From NCBI RefSeq assembly GCF_009914755.1, contig NC_060941.1: 64,000 bases of DNA; one strand, given 5' to 3'. A program made the translations under genes and the position numbers. Under the pieces are notes generated by a model. It had not been told where the DNA came from and made no database searches. It was given only the letters and a program-made list of their open reading frames with translations. The DNA is from the human T2T-CHM13v2.0 reference genome, Homo sapiens. Shown here one piece after another: positions 31,206-46,175 of this stretch. Every line of letters starts with the position of its first letter. Position 1 is the first letter of the stretch.

Positions 31206-34200
31206 AGAAACACAAAATTCCAAAACCTATAGAATACAGCAAAAGCAATATTAAGAGGGAAATTTATGGTAACAAACTCCTACATAAGAAATATTTCCAA
31301 TAAACAACCTAGCAATATACCTCAAGGAACTAGAAAAGTGAGAACAAATCAAACCTGAAAGTAGTAGAAGGAAAGAAATAATAATAAAGATCAAAGCAGA
31401 AAGAAATAAAATTGAGACTAAAAATGTGAAATATTAATAAAATGAAAAGTTGATTTTCCTGAAAAGTTTAACAAAATTGGCAAACCATTAGCTAAACTAA
31501 TTAAGAAGAGAGAAAACCCAAATAAATAAAATCAGAAATGAAAAAGGAGACATTATAAGTGATACCACAGAAACACAAAGGATCATTAGAAAATATTATG
31601 AACAACCATATACCAACAAATTAGAAAACCTAGAGGAAACAGATAAATTCCTGAAGATAAACTGCCTATAAAGATTGAACCAAGAAGAAAAAACAAACCT
31701 GAACAGACCAATAATGAGTAATAAGATTGAATCTGTAAGTAAACATCTGCCAACAACAACAACAACAAAAAAGTCCAGGATCAAATGGTTTCACTGCTGA
31801 ATTGTTCAAAACTTTAGAGAAAAAAAACCCTTAATACAATTTCTTTTCAAGCTGTTTCAAAAAACAGAAGAGGAGGAAACTCTTCCAAACACATTCTATA
31901 AGGATAGCATTACCCTGATACTAAAACAAGACGAAAAAACAAAAATAGAAAACTAAAGGCCAATATCCCTGATGAACATAGATGCAAAAATTCTTCACAA
32001 AATACTAGCAAACAAAATCCAACAGCACATCAAAAAGATTATGCACTATGTTCAAGTGGATTCAAGTGGATTTATCTCAAGAATGCAAAGATGGCTCAAC
32101 ATATGGAAATCAACATATGAGATACATCACATTAACAGAATGAAGGACAAAACCCATATGATCATCTCAATAGACACAGAAAAAGCATTTGATAAAATTC
32201 AACATCACTTTATGAAAAAAATTCTCAATAAATTAGGTATAGAAGAAATGTACCTAAACACAATAAAGACCAAATATGGCAAACCCACAGCTAATATCAT
32301 GTTGAACGGAGAAAAGCTGAAAGCTTTTTCTCTAAGAACTGGAATAAGACAAGGATGTGTACTCTTGCTAATCTTATTAAATATGCTACTGGAAATCCTA
32401 TCAAGAGCAGTTAGACAAGAGAAAAAATAGACAGCATCTAAACCAAAAAGAAGGAAGTCAAATTGTCCTTTGCAGATAAATAGTCCTATCTATAGAAAAG
32501 CCTAAGAATCCCACCAAAATGTCTTAGATTTAAATTAAATTAAGCAAATTCAGTAAAGTTGCAGAATACAAAATCAACATACAAAAATTAGTAGCATTCC
32601 TATACACCAAAAACAAAGTAGCTGAAAATAAATCAAGAAAGCAATCCCACTACCTAGGAAAAAAATCTAACCAATCTCTATAAGGAAAATTATATGAAAG
32701 AAAATGAAGAGGATAAAAAAAAAAAAGGAAAAACATTCCATGTTCATGGATTGGAAGAAATAATATTGTTAAAATGACCATACTACCCAAAGCAATCTAC
32801 CAATTCCATGTAATTCCTATCAAATAGAAATGATATTCTTTCATGAAATAGAAAAAAAAAATCCTGAAATTTATATGGAACCACGAAACACCCCAAATAG
32901 CCAAACCAATCCTGAGCAAAAAGAAAAAAACTCACTGTATCACACTACGTGACTTCAAACTACACTACACAACTATAGTAATCAAAACAGCACGGTACAG
33001 GTATAATAACAGACAGACCAATGGAACACAATAGAGAATCCAGAAATAAATCCATGTATTTACAGCCAACCAATTTTCAACAAAAACACCAAGAACATAC
33101 ACTGGGAAAGTCAGTCTCTTCAATAAATTGTGCTGTGAAAACTGAATATCTACATGCAGAAGAATAAAACTAGGCCCCTACCTCTCACCATATACAAATA
33201 TTAACTCAAAATTGATTAAAGACTTAAATGTAATACCCAACACTATGCAACTACTAGAAGACAACATAGGGAAAATGTTTCAGCAACTTACTCTGGGCAA
33301 ATATTTTATGGATAATACCTCAAAAGCACAGCCAACAAAAGAAAAAATAGACAACTTGGATTATATCAAACTAAAAAGCTTCTGCACAGCAAGAAAACCA
33401 TCAACAGGATGAACAGAAAACCTGTAGAATGGGAGAAAATCTTTGCAAGCTATTCATTTGGTAAGGTTTTAATATCCAAAATGTACAAGGAATTCAACTC
33501 AACAGCAAATAATAATAATAATAATCTAAGTTAAAAAATGGGCAAAGGATCTGAATAAACATTTCTCAAAAAAAGACATACAAATGAACAACGTGTGTGA
33601 AAAAATGCCCAATATCACTAATTATCAGGGAAATTCAAATCAAAACCAAAATGAGACCTCATCTCACCCCAATTAATGTGAGTATTATCAAGAAAACTAA
33701 AAATAACAAATGCTGGCAAAGATATGGAGAAGGATAATTCTTATATATTGTTGTTGGTGGGAATGTAAATTAGTACAGCTATTATGGAACATGGTATGGA
33801 AGTTCTCATAAAAGCTAAAAATAGAACTACCAATTGATCTAGCAATCCCATTACTAGGTGTGTATGCAAAAGAAAGAAAATAGGTATGTCCAAGAGACAT
33901 TTTCACTCCTAGCACTATTTATGTTAGCCAAGATATGGAATCAACCTAAGTGGCCAATCAACAGATGAATAATGAAAATATGGTGTATATATACACAATG
34001 GAATACTACTCAGTCAGTAAAAAGTATAAAATCTTGTCATTCATGGCAACATGGATGAGCCTGAAGGATATTTTGTTAAATAAGTCAGGCACAGAAAAAT
34101 AAATACCACATATTCTCATTCGTGTGTGGAAGCTTAAAAAGTTGGCAGTATAGAAGTATAGAGTAGAATATTGGCTGCTAGAGGCTGAGAAGGGGAAGAA

Positions 34201-34490
34201 GTGGGGTTATAGAGGTTAGTTAATAGATAAAAAATTATAGGATAGGAGGAATAAGTTCTAGTGTTCTATAGCGCTGTAGGATGACTCTGGTAAACAATTT
34301 ATTGCATTTTTCAAATAACTAGAAGAGAGAATTTTGAATGTTCTCAATACTAAGAAATGATAAATTTTGAGGTGATAGAAATGCTGATTTTCCTGATTTG
34401 ATCATTGTACATTGTATATATGTATCAAAATATCACACTGTACCCAATAAATATGTACATTATGTGTCAATTTTTAAAACAATTTCAAAA
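31206..34490 (+). mobile_element. Older L1 (L1MA/PB-type) ORF2 to 3'UTR
   Basis: Degenerate ORF2 peptides ([22 protein letters not shown]) and L1MA-style 3'UTR. Confidence 0.88.
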
Positions 34491-34699
34491 TAACTAATAT
34501 AAATGAATGAGTGAACAAATGAGTGAGGTTCTTAAGCAGACTTTGGTTCCCTTCCCCATGCTTGAGAAGTCCTTTTAGGGCCTTAGGTATGACTTAGTTC
34601 TTAGATATAGATAAACTAAAGTATGGTATGTAAGCAAATAGAAAGTTCATTTTAGGTTTGGGTCAGGTAAAAAGACATGCAGACATAAAAATTAAGAAA

Positions 34700-35312
34700 A
34701 GTTCAACCATTGTGGAAGTCAGTGTGGCGATTCCTCAGGGATCTAGAACTAGAAATACCACTTGACCCAGCCATCCCATTACTGGGTATATACCCAAAGG
34801 ACTATAAATCATGCTGCTGTAAAGACACATGCACATGTATGTTTATTGCAGCACTATTCATGATAGCAAAGACTTGGAACCAACCCAAATGTCCAACAAT
34901 GATTGACTGGATTAAGAAAATGTGGCACATATACACCATGGAATACTTTGCAGCTGTAAAAAATGATGAGTTCATGTCCCTTGTAGGGACATGGATGAAA
35001 CTGGAAATCATCATTCTCAGTAAACTATCGCAAGAACAAAAAACCAAACACCGCATATTCTCACTCATAGGTGGGAATTGAACAATGAGAACACATGGAC
35101 ACAGGAAGGGGAACATCACACTCTGGGGACTGTTGTGGGGTGGGGGGAGGGGGGAGGGATAGCTTTAGGAGATATACCTAATGCTAAATGACGAGTTAAT
35201 GGGTGCAGCACACCAGCATGGCACATGTATACATATGTAACTAACCTGCACATTGTGCACATGTACCCTAAAACTTAAAGTATAATAATAATAAAATTTA
35301 AAAAAGAAAGAA
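34700..35312 (+). mobile_element. Young L1PA 3' fragment
   Basis: Open ORF2 C-terminus (34710-35081), G-rich tract 35137-35158, poly-A tail. Confidence 0.93.
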
Positions 35313-35794
35313 AACAAAGTTAGGAGACAGGCTGATGTGAACACTTGCTCAGGAAAATGAGTAAAAAAAATTTATTCAAAATTTGTAGTTTTGTTTAGCA
35401 AAGAAGGGGACTGAGATGTCTGGGTCTTATTATTGACATGAGAGGACAGAATATCATTTAAAGCAGACCTACAGGGTTTTTTCAAGTACACATGATAAAC
35501 TGGTGGTTTAACAATGAAGACGGAAATTTTAATTTAAATATTTTAAATCTTTAATTTAAAGATTTTCTTCACCTGGGATTAGCAAAAAGGAAAATCTTCC
35601 TAGCAGGTTACTGAGAACACCTTACTTCAACTACATATCCCCCCCACATCTGTTTTACTTACTCAGAAATTATGTAATATTACATTTAAACAAAAAGTTT
35701 CATGTGCAGAAAAAAAGAGATCTGAAATAATATTGAAATATTAATGTCCATGTATCTATTAGATAAAATTATATAAGACTCCCAAGTATTACTG

Positions 35795-36756
35795 TCATAG
35801 AAGGAAGGGATTTTTCCTTTTACAAATGACCCTTTCCAGGGCTCCCTTCATGTCTCTGTTCCTCAGGCTGTAGATGAAGGGGGTCAGCATAGGGGTCACC
35901 ACAGTGTACATCATAGCCATGACAGTGTCCTTTAGAGTAGAACTATTAGCTGATGGGCATAAGTAGAGACCAATAACGGTCCCATAGAACAGTGACACCA
36001 CAGAGAGGTGGGAGCCACAAGTAGAGAAGGCCCCTTAGAAGAAGGGACCTTGAGGATGGAGGAGACAATTCTTGCATAGGACCCAAGGATGAGTAGGAAT
36101 GGGATGACAAGAATGAGCCCTCCCATGATAAATATCACCCATTCATTAACTCGAGTGTCAGAGCAGGCCAGCTTCAGCAGAGCAGACATATCACAGAAAA
36201 AGTGGGGGATCACATTGTCTGCACAAAAACACAACCTGGCCATGAGTAAAGTGTGTAACATGGCATGGAAGGTGGTCAGCACCCAGGACAGCGCCACCAG
36301 GGCGAGACAGAGCATGGGGCTCATGATGGCGGTGTAGTGCAGGAGGAAGCAGATGGCGGTGTAGTGCATGGGGAAGCAGATGGCCACATAGCGGTCATAG
36401 GCCATGGCCACAAGGAGGAAGCTCTCTAGATCCGAAAAATACAAGAAGAAGTACATTTGGGTCAGGCAGTCTGCATAGGGGATGGATGGGTCTTGGTTCT
36501 GCATGTTCTGCAGCAATTTGGGCATTGTGACTGAGGAAAAGCAGAGGTCAGAGAAGGACAAGTTGCTGAGAAACAAATACACAGGCGTGTGGAGATGGGA
36601 GTCCAGTCGAATGAGGACAATGATGAGGAGGTTCCCCAGGAGGGTGGTAAGATACATGGCCAAGAACAGGGCATAGCGCAGGTTTTGCTGCTCTGGTTGG
36701 ATGGGCAGGCCCAGGAGCAGGAAGTCTGAGATGCTGGTTTGATTTTGTCCCATCAT
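35795..36756 (-). pseudogene. OR1E2: Olfactory receptor 1E2, frameshift allele (10-bp deletion near 36032, I243fs); 323-aa frame if restored
   Basis: ORFs 35932-36756 and 35795-36001 are two frames of one OR. Relative to OR1E1 (gaaggccTTGCAGATACccttaga) the sequence reads gaaggccccttaga. 962+10 = 972 bp = 323 aa + stop. Carries a 9-aa duplication [19 protein letters not shown]-terminus [12 protein letters not shown]. Confidence 0.93.
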
Positions 36757-37489
36757 GCTCTGTCTCCAGTATCTTTAAGAGAATATAATAGGGTCCCTCA
36801 AAACCGTGAATAAAAATAAATATATTCCTATGATACATGGTCAACAGGTGTTCAATCACTGATTTCACCCTCATTTTCCCTAACAACAATCTCTATATTC
36901 AGAGATTTCTATAATTATTTCTATAATCAGAAATGTGCCACATCACAAAATCCACGCTACTTTTCACACTGATCCATCTCACTTTGCATAACATGTAGCA
37001 AGATTGACTCCTCCTTTCTTTCTAAAACACTCTTATCTATTAGCTTCCGTGCAATCACACTGGTTTCCTGACACATATTGGCCATTCCTTCTTAACAACT
37101 GTAAATGGTTTCTTCTCTAACAGTATCTTATACGTTGCTGTTTTCTGGGAATTTTTCCTAAATTCTGTTCTAATTCTACAGATCAAGCCCTGAAAGAGTT
37201 CACCTGTCCCCGTGACACTGATTACCATCTGAACTTCCTGGGTAAACCTATCATCATTAGTACTGCATTAGCAGTTGCTTCCTGATTATCTCCCTATGGA
37301 TCATGACCATCCTCAGCTTAACAGATCCCAGATGAAACTCGTTATCTCACCCTGCCACTCTTCCAATTTGCTCCTCCAGTCTCTCATATCTCAGTAAAAG
37401 GAATCCAGGCTCAAGTCAGAAACCTGGGAGTTTTCTTTCATTTATTTATTTCTCTCAAGATCAACATCTAATCCTAGCAAGTTATATAG

Positions 37490-37962
<473 letters not shown>

Positions 37963-38245
37963 ACACACTGTGGCATTCTAAGATAAAAATCTGATCATCA
38001 TTCTCCTGCTCAGAGTCCTTATGGATTCTCATTATTCTTAACATATACACAAAATTCCTTTCAAGGACACAAATCATATTTCATTATCTGACCCATGCCT
38101 ACCTCCACAGCCTCATCTGGTCCCACAATGACTCTTGCATCAGCATTCTCCAGCATTCTCCAGCAATGCTAGACTTAGAAGTCATAATTTCTTGCCTCCA
38201 GACGTTCACACTTGCTGTTCCTTCTGTGTAACATCTTACCTCTGC

Positions 38246-38548
<303 letters not shown>

Positions 38549-38711
38549 CCTCTGCCTTCTCTTACTTGGCATACCCCTGCTTCTCCTGCAGGTTTACTAC
38601 ATGTCACTGGCTCAGCTCAATCACTCAGACCAGGTGAGACCTGCTTCTAAGTTTCCACAGCATCTTGTACTCATCCAGCAGCATTCAATGACCTTGATTG
38701 CTTGTTTATAG

Positions 38712-39170
<459 letters not shown>

Positions 39171-39954
39171 CCTCCAACTTTAAAGCAGCCAACACCCATT
39201 GTAGTTTAACGACTCCTATTAAATCCTCCCAGAATAAGAATTCACTAGCCTTAACCATTTAGTGCTAGTTTTGACACTTTATTACAAAATTCTGAGATAA
39301 ACTTCAGACCTATGGAAAATGTTAGACCATCCAACCACCCTACTCTTTATTTTAAAAAGACAGCCCATTATGCATGTTGACACTGTCATTTTGGTTTTGG
39401 TGTTGATGTCTACATGGTTCAGTTATGTTGACATGAAGAATTGTATCTGAAAGTTTCTATAATTTGGGGAGAAAGGGAACGAGGATATCCACCCTTGAGA
39501 CCTCGCTGTACTTCCTCTCCAGATATCCATACCTCAAAATGCCTCTGAGCTAAGAAAGCTGAAGGGTGTTAGGGTACATGAGAAGTTCCTTCCCTAGAGG
39601 GATGTAGCTGAGTCTGTCGGGATCTTCACCCTGCTAGTGATGTTTAGTCTAGCCACGTTAACAGTTTTTCACATTTGAATATAATCTGCTAGTATTGTAG
39701 TAGGGAAATGGCATCAAGTGAAGTTTCACATGCCTGTTCTCTCAGAAGTTTGCCTACCTGGGAAATGAGTGGGACCAATCTCTGGTGTCAAGGGTCTTAT
39801 TAGAAATTCCAAACCAGAGAGACATCACTTGTGAATGCTGCCGCTGATCGGGAATATAAATTTCAGCTGCTCCCTCAATAATGCCTCTCATCTTCTTCAC
39901 CTGGTAAATCTACAGTTCTCAGTCTGGACTGAATATAAGAATCACAAAGGTCAC

Positions 39955-40255
39955 TGCTTCTAAAACTTTAATTTACATACAAACCACCTGGTGGTCTTGT
40001 TAAATGCTGATTTTGATTCAATAGGTCTGGTGTAGGGCCTAATATTCTACATTTCGAAAGTTAAAATTTCACATTTGGTGATGCCAATTCTGCTGTTCTG
40101 TGGACCACACTGAGTAGTAAGGACATATAATACATTTTAAAAATACAGATTACGGCACCATCCCCCAATAAATGTAATTAGAATCTCTGGAGGGGGCCTT
40201 AAGTAAGCTCCTTAAGTAATTCAAATATATGGCCGAGGGCTTGAAATCTCTGTAT
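39955..40255. mobile_element. MER5-type hAT-Charlie relics
   Basis: MER5A-like text cacctggtggtcttgttaaatgctgattttgattca...ggaccacact. Confidence 0.55.
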
Positions 40256-40537
40256 TAAATGCCTATCTCATAGAGATGTCATTATGTTGAAATGATACAA
40301 TCATGAGAGAGGACATTGCATAGTATTAATGGACACTGTCATTAATAAAAAGATATTAAATTGTGAACATTAAATCAAAATATTTCTGGAACGTAGAAAA
40401 GTCTTGAAAAGCAGAGAGGTGGAGAAAAGGAAAGTTATATCTGAAAAACTATCCTATAGAACATCATACAACTGGGGAAATCAAGACCCTCAGGTTGTAG
40501 GGATGCTAAGCTACCAGCTTATTCACCCTCCTGCCCA

Positions 40538-40800
40538 ACTTACTCTGTGTCTGAGGTTAACTCCAGGGCCCTGATCCAAAATCCTCCTCCCCTTTATTGG
40601 TTGCAACAGCCTTTGTAGTCATCACCTGTGTCTGTACTCACCCTTCTGACATCTCTCTTTCTACCTATCCCTGGCCCTACCGGACTATGCATCCCGGAGA
40701 AGCCTAGATCCTGGAGGAACTCATTAAAAACAAAGTAATTACACAGGACGTCTCTAGAACAAATTATCTTAGAGTCCTGCAACAGTGACTGATTACAGCT
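40538..40800 (-). promoter_or_regulatory. Candidate OR1E2 promoter and 5' non-coding exon
   Basis: Donor GTAAGT at 40543-40538, TTTTTAATGA at 40730-40721, TAATTA at 40736-40741, O/E-like TCCCGGAGA at 40692-40700. Homologous to 5189-5460. Confidence 0.5.
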
Positions 40801-42877
40801 GTTGATCACACCTTACTATACTTTGGGGGATCGGGGGATCATGAGAATGGAGAGAAGCTCAGGGATGGGTGTTTAATCATTGCCTGCTTAGGGAATGGAG
40901 AGCATGCCTGTGAGGTTGGGGCCTACATCTTGAGAAGTGAAGAAAAATGGTTGGAGAAGTCACAGAAGCAAGCAGGGACCAGACTGTAAATGTCCTAAAA
41001 CATCTTAAGAGTCTAAGAGTTTAGGCTTTATCCTGTGGACAACAACAAGCCATCAGTGGTCTTTGAATAGAGGACCACCAGGGAAAGACATATGCTTTGG
41101 AAATATTTCCAGGTGGCAGAATCTCTTACTATAACCCAACTCCCTGTAAATAGGCCCTAGGAGAGAGAAAAATGGTAACCAACAAGGATCAGACTTCCAT
41201 TATCCAACCATATACAGATATAAAGGACAGGAATAAGAGAAAAGATGAACTCTCCCGGATCACATTCAATTCTTCCTCAGGCAAATATGGAAAAGTAAAT
41301 CCATATTTGCAGCCCTCTGAGTTACTTCTAGCTCCTTACCTCTCTAGGAAAACCTTAATAACCAGACACCATCATTATCTCAACCACTCTTCACGTGTCA
41401 TATTACCTCCTACTAGCTTTTCCTTACCCTACAACTGATCACAAGACCACAACTGACATTTACAACTCCTTCTTCCACACCCATTCCATGTTCCCTTTTA
41501 CATAACTTCAGCTAGATTCAACCCACATTCCTTTTGAGTCTGAATCCTCAGTGTTATTGTTTTTCTTGGGTTGCTATAATAGTGTTCCATTAACTTTTAC
41601 TAAGTGACATACAGAAGAATCCCCTGCATGTCAGATATGGTCTTCCCTTTCCTCATTATGCAGAGAAACACAATTTTCCATTGTTAACTGGGATTGAAGT
41701 ACCACAGGCAGTACAGTAAACCCCTTCTTTGCCTACTGATTTGAAAACATAAAGAACCAAAATTGCCAAATGGCAGTCTCAACTTTCAGTAGACTAGAAC
41801 CATGGAAGCACTTCCGGTAAAACATTAAGAATTGTATCAGACACTTCTTCCTTAAGAATTGTATCAGACACTTCTTGTCCACCACTTCAAATTCTCTCAG
41901 CCATCTTCTCTTATTCCAGCCATGGTTGCAATAACCAATTCTGTGCAGCCTTTGACCAGCTTCACATAGATTCGGTCTGACAGTTTTACTCAGGCCTATT
42001 CCATCTGCTTCTTGTGTCCTGCCATATGGTTCCTCTGATTCCATGGAGTAGAATATCATGGAAAACCAGCCCAATGCTCATACATACACAACCAGAAAGT
42101 GCAAGGGAGTTGTTGCCGTGTTGGTCAACCCTTAAATACAGGTATTGGGAGCTTATGCATATATGCCTTAGTCCCTCCTAGTGGCTGCCAACTCAATAAG
42201 TCATCCTAGTAACTGGTCTCTCTTCTTCCCTATTTAACACCCCCTCTATTCCTTACTTCTTCACATGAGGTAAAATTCTCAAATAAACTACTTACAAATA
42301 AGACTTTTTCTCAGTCTCCACTTTTTGGGTAACCTAGGCTATGACAGAAAGTAAGATCTGTTAATCAACAGAGCCCAAAATTGTGGGGGTAGGGAGCAAA
42401 AGTTCTGTGGGTATGTTAGTTGGTCTAATAATGAGGAAGTCAGCCCTACTACCACTCCTTGATTTCCAGACTTGTGAATCATGGCTATGAGAGAAACATG
42501 ATGATACATGGGCTCCTGGTTCAAAGCACACCAACCTTTCTGGCACCCCTAATTTTTGTTACTTTGTGAACTGCTCTGTCTCTAGCATTTGCAACAATGC
42601 CTGGCACAAAGCAGATTTTCATTAAATATTTGAAGTAATTAAATGAACCGCACAGACTAGCAGTTCCAGAACAATGCTTAATAACAGTAGTGACAGTGGG
42701 TACACTTGTCTTTTTCCTGATAGTGCAAATACCTGTAGTATTTCCCCCTTAAGCCCAATGCTGGCTTTTGAGCTAACTCAGATGTATTATTATCCCATAT
42801 TAAATAAGCATCATCTATTCCTGTTACAGTGAGCATTTTTATCTAGGATGGTTGTGGAATTTTAGCAAATATACCAT

Positions 42878-42883
42878 TTTAAT
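42878..42883 (-). terminator. Candidate SPATA22 polyadenylation signal (ATTAAA)
   Basis: ATTAAA on the minus strand about 170 nt past the stop, with a second copy at 42941-42946. No canonical AATAAA seen on this strand nearby. Confidence 0.5.
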
Positions 42884-43049
42884 AAAAACATTAAAATTAT
42901 ACTTCAAAAACTCTTTCCACATTTAAAAGAATTCAAATACTTTAATTCAACAAGTGAAATACAATAGTAGCTATAAAACTATGGAGATGGTAAATTAAGC
43001 AATAACAGAAAACTGCTATAATTTATGCTAAACTTCCTTTTATCACTAC

Positions 43050-43241
43050 TTAAGTTTCATTCATCACATTAATATAATACTGCATCTCAACATCTGCAAT
43101 TTTGACAAATGCCTGGAAAGTTTTTTGTTCAGAAACAGACGCTGGTCTGACAGAAACACATTGGAAAATGTTCTTTTTCTGGTCATAGTTGCCAACACAT
43201 CTATGAACTCGGCCTCTAATCAGTCTCGGAAGTTCACGATC
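43050..43241 (-). CDS. SPATA22: SPATA22 last coding exon (DRELPRLIRG...INVMNET*)
   Basis: Not in the ORF track; read manually. Acceptor aaacAG, 63 codons, then TAA at 43052-43050. The four exons splice in frame. The 5' exons lie beyond the window. Confidence 0.92.
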   Translation of the reverse strand, partial: DRELPRLIRGRVHRCVGNYDQKKNIFQCVSVRPASVSEQKTFQAFVKIADVEMQYYINVMNET

Positions 43242-44009
43242 CTGTTTTTCAAAAAATAAGTATCAAAAAATAGTTATTACTTCATCTGAATTTCAATTTT
43301 TTAAATATTTATGTGATCAACTAAACATGTGCCACCTCAAAATGCTATAATTCCTTCACGTGAGTCAGGGCCCCACTGCTAACAAGACAATGATAGTTAT
43401 TCACATATTGGTACCCTGTAACAGAGGAAAGACCCTCACTTGGTAGGGCTCTTACAAGCTAGCAAGTTGTTGCTTCATCAAAGACTGAATAATCCCCAGT
43501 GTAATGACACATGAAATTACCCACTCTTTTATCAGATTCCCAGAGTTCCACTTTCAGTAGGCAGCAGACTGGGTGACTCAAAACAGCTCATCAGATGACA
43601 ATTAGGATAGCTGGATGAAATGTTTTGTTAAAAATCTCCTCGTAAGCATCAGAGAGATATCAAGACAGTGAGGAATTACAGAGACCCCCTCACACCCCAT
43701 CTAGGATAGTATGGGAGTCTCAGATGAAACCTGGTTTGGGGTGTGCTTTCTCCCTGAGATGTCTGCAAATTACAGAAAAGCATTTGAGAGTCTAAGAAAC
43801 TGAGCAGAGATTTCACAGACTTGTATAGGTGGGAAACAAAAAAATGGAATCTTAGGCGTCCAAGGAAAAGAGATTCTAGTAACCACCCCCACTCAGACCT
43901 GAAGCTTAAGGTTGGGACCCAAAAGTGTGATGCCTTTAGAGACAAGTAAATCAGAAAAAGATTAGCCTTCTCCAAATCCTCTCAATTATGAATAAAATTA
44001 AAGCATTCT

Positions 44010-45070
44010 GAAGTTGCTTTCATTAAATAGTCACAAAAAGCACTAATTATAAGGGGAAAGACTAATTATTGATAAAAGGATTATATGAAAATGAAAAACT
44101 TCTGTTTATCAAAAGCCATCATCAAGTGGGAAAAAGCAAACCATGGATATGAGAAAATATTTGCAATGCACATAATGGACAGAAAACTGATTCCCAGAAT
44201 AGTTTTTCTTTTTAATTCCTAGAATCAGTAAGAAAAAGACAAATAAGAGAAGAAAACAGCAAGATGCCTGAACAGACTTTACAAAAAAGATATCTAAATA
44301 GCATATGAAAAGGTACTCAACCTCATTACTCACTAGGGAATTGTAAAGAAATGAGATAACACTAAATTTACTCATCAGAATTGTTATAATAAAAAAGATC
44401 GACAATACTAAGCGTTCGTAAGAATGCAGAGCAACCATAACTCTCCTACATTGCCTGTGAGTACTTAAATTGACACAATCCTTTGAAAAATTCTTTGGCA
44501 ATATCTACTGTATTTGAATATACACATGCTCTATGACCCAGCAATTTTACTTCTGAGTATATATCAAACAGAAATACATGCAAATGCATAAGAGACATAG
44601 ATAAGAATGTTCATAGAACATTATGCATAACAGCAAAAAATCCAGAAACCCAAATGCCCACCAACAGTGAAATAGAAAACTGTAGCATATTCATGCAGCA
44701 CAATATTATACATAGCAATATAAATGAGTGAGCTACAGCTACACACAACAACATAGATGAATCTTACAAACATTTTGTCAAATAAAGGAAATCACATATT
44801 TAAAAAGACATAATGTATGATACTATTTTTATAAAGTACAAAAACAGGCAGAATGAATTGATGACATTAAAAGTCAGGCTAGTGGTTACCTGTAAGTAGA
44901 AGACAAGAGGTAGTGAATGGGAAGAAGCACAAAGGGATTTGGGGGGTGATGACAATGTTCTGTTTCTTAACCTGGTTTGGCATTCACTTTGTGATACTTC
45001 ACAGAACTGTACAGTTATGATTTTTATACTTTTCTGTACGTTATACTGCAATAACAAAGTTTTTTTAAAA
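44010..45070 (+). mobile_element. Ancient L1M 3' region in a SPATA22 intron
   Basis: Degenerate ORF2 end and L1ME/MC-type 3'UTR. Confidence 0.65.
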
Positions 45071-46077
45071 AACTTCAGACTAGATAAAAATAATACACAT
45101 TCAAGATATTATAGGAATTGACAATTATTTCTTGATCATCAACTATGTGTCATGCACTGTATATTCATGTTTCATCATTTAATCCCCTTAACAACCTTTC
45201 GAAGTAGGAATTTGTCTCCCCATTTTATATTTTTTAAAAATCTGAAGTTCAAGTAATTTAAGCAGCTTTCTTAAGTCATAAAACTAGAAAATGTTGGAGT
45301 AAATGCTGGAATCCAAGTCTGATTTCAGAATTGAGGCCAATGTCAGAATTAAGGTCAAACTTTTACAAAGTTTATGTAGCTCTTATACAGCCTCAATGTG
45401 TGTAGGTCTATAGCCTCCTTTGCAATCTCCACACTTCTATGTCACCAAGCCTCCTTATATCCCAGCCCACTATGCTTTCCCCCACTTTCAGAACCACTAC
45501 CCTTACCCCTAACAGTTCCTAACTCTTCACTTTGGTAATTATAACTACTTTCAGTTCCCTGAACAAGTGAAGCTCTCTCTTAGCTTCAAGTCTTTGCATA
45601 TGCTGCTCCCTCACCTTAGACTATATCCTTCTTTCCCTCCCCAACACATTTTGGCTTAGTTGATTCTTATTAGTCCTTAAAGATCTAGGATAAGTTACCA
45701 CCTTCTTTGAAAATCTTTCCCTGATCTGCCCCTTCCTTCTTACCTACTTCTCTAGCACCCTGCACATACCTAGCTCCACCAAGCCATTCACCATATCACA
45801 GTGTAACATTTCTGTACCATTCTACCTGGGATTACAAACTCTGAGAGAAAGAGCCATTTGCCATTTACATTCCACTTTATATCCCTCAAACCCAGCACAG
45901 TACCTAGCACGTAGTAGGCTCTCTATATTATAAAAATAAACAACTTTCATATCAGAACTAAAACCAGTGTTAAAAGTACTAAATTGTTAACAGAATTTAT
46001 ATTTCAACTGAATTATAGCCTGCATGTTTATATTCTGTTGACATAGGCTTCGCAAAGAGTACTTTAAAAATACTCAC

Positions 46078-46175
46078 GATTTCATAAAAGACACAAGGCA
46101 GAGTATTTTTCCCATCCCTCATAAGAAAAGTCTTCGAATAATATGGGCCAGGTGTAACAGCTGAATCAAGAACAG
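46078..46175 (-). CDS. SPATA22: SPATA22 penultimate coding exon (98 bp; AVLDSAVTPGPYY...VFYEI)
   Basis: Not in the ORF track; read manually. Acceptor tgcttAG and donor GTgagt. 2 nt + 32 codons; part of the OB-fold region. Confidence 0.92.

Noticed and set aside
35137-35158. G-quadruplex-forming tract
   Set aside because: Standard feature of the L1PA 3'UTR.
35795-36001. Separate 68-aa gene
   Set aside because: It is the out-of-frame C-terminal part of OR1E2.
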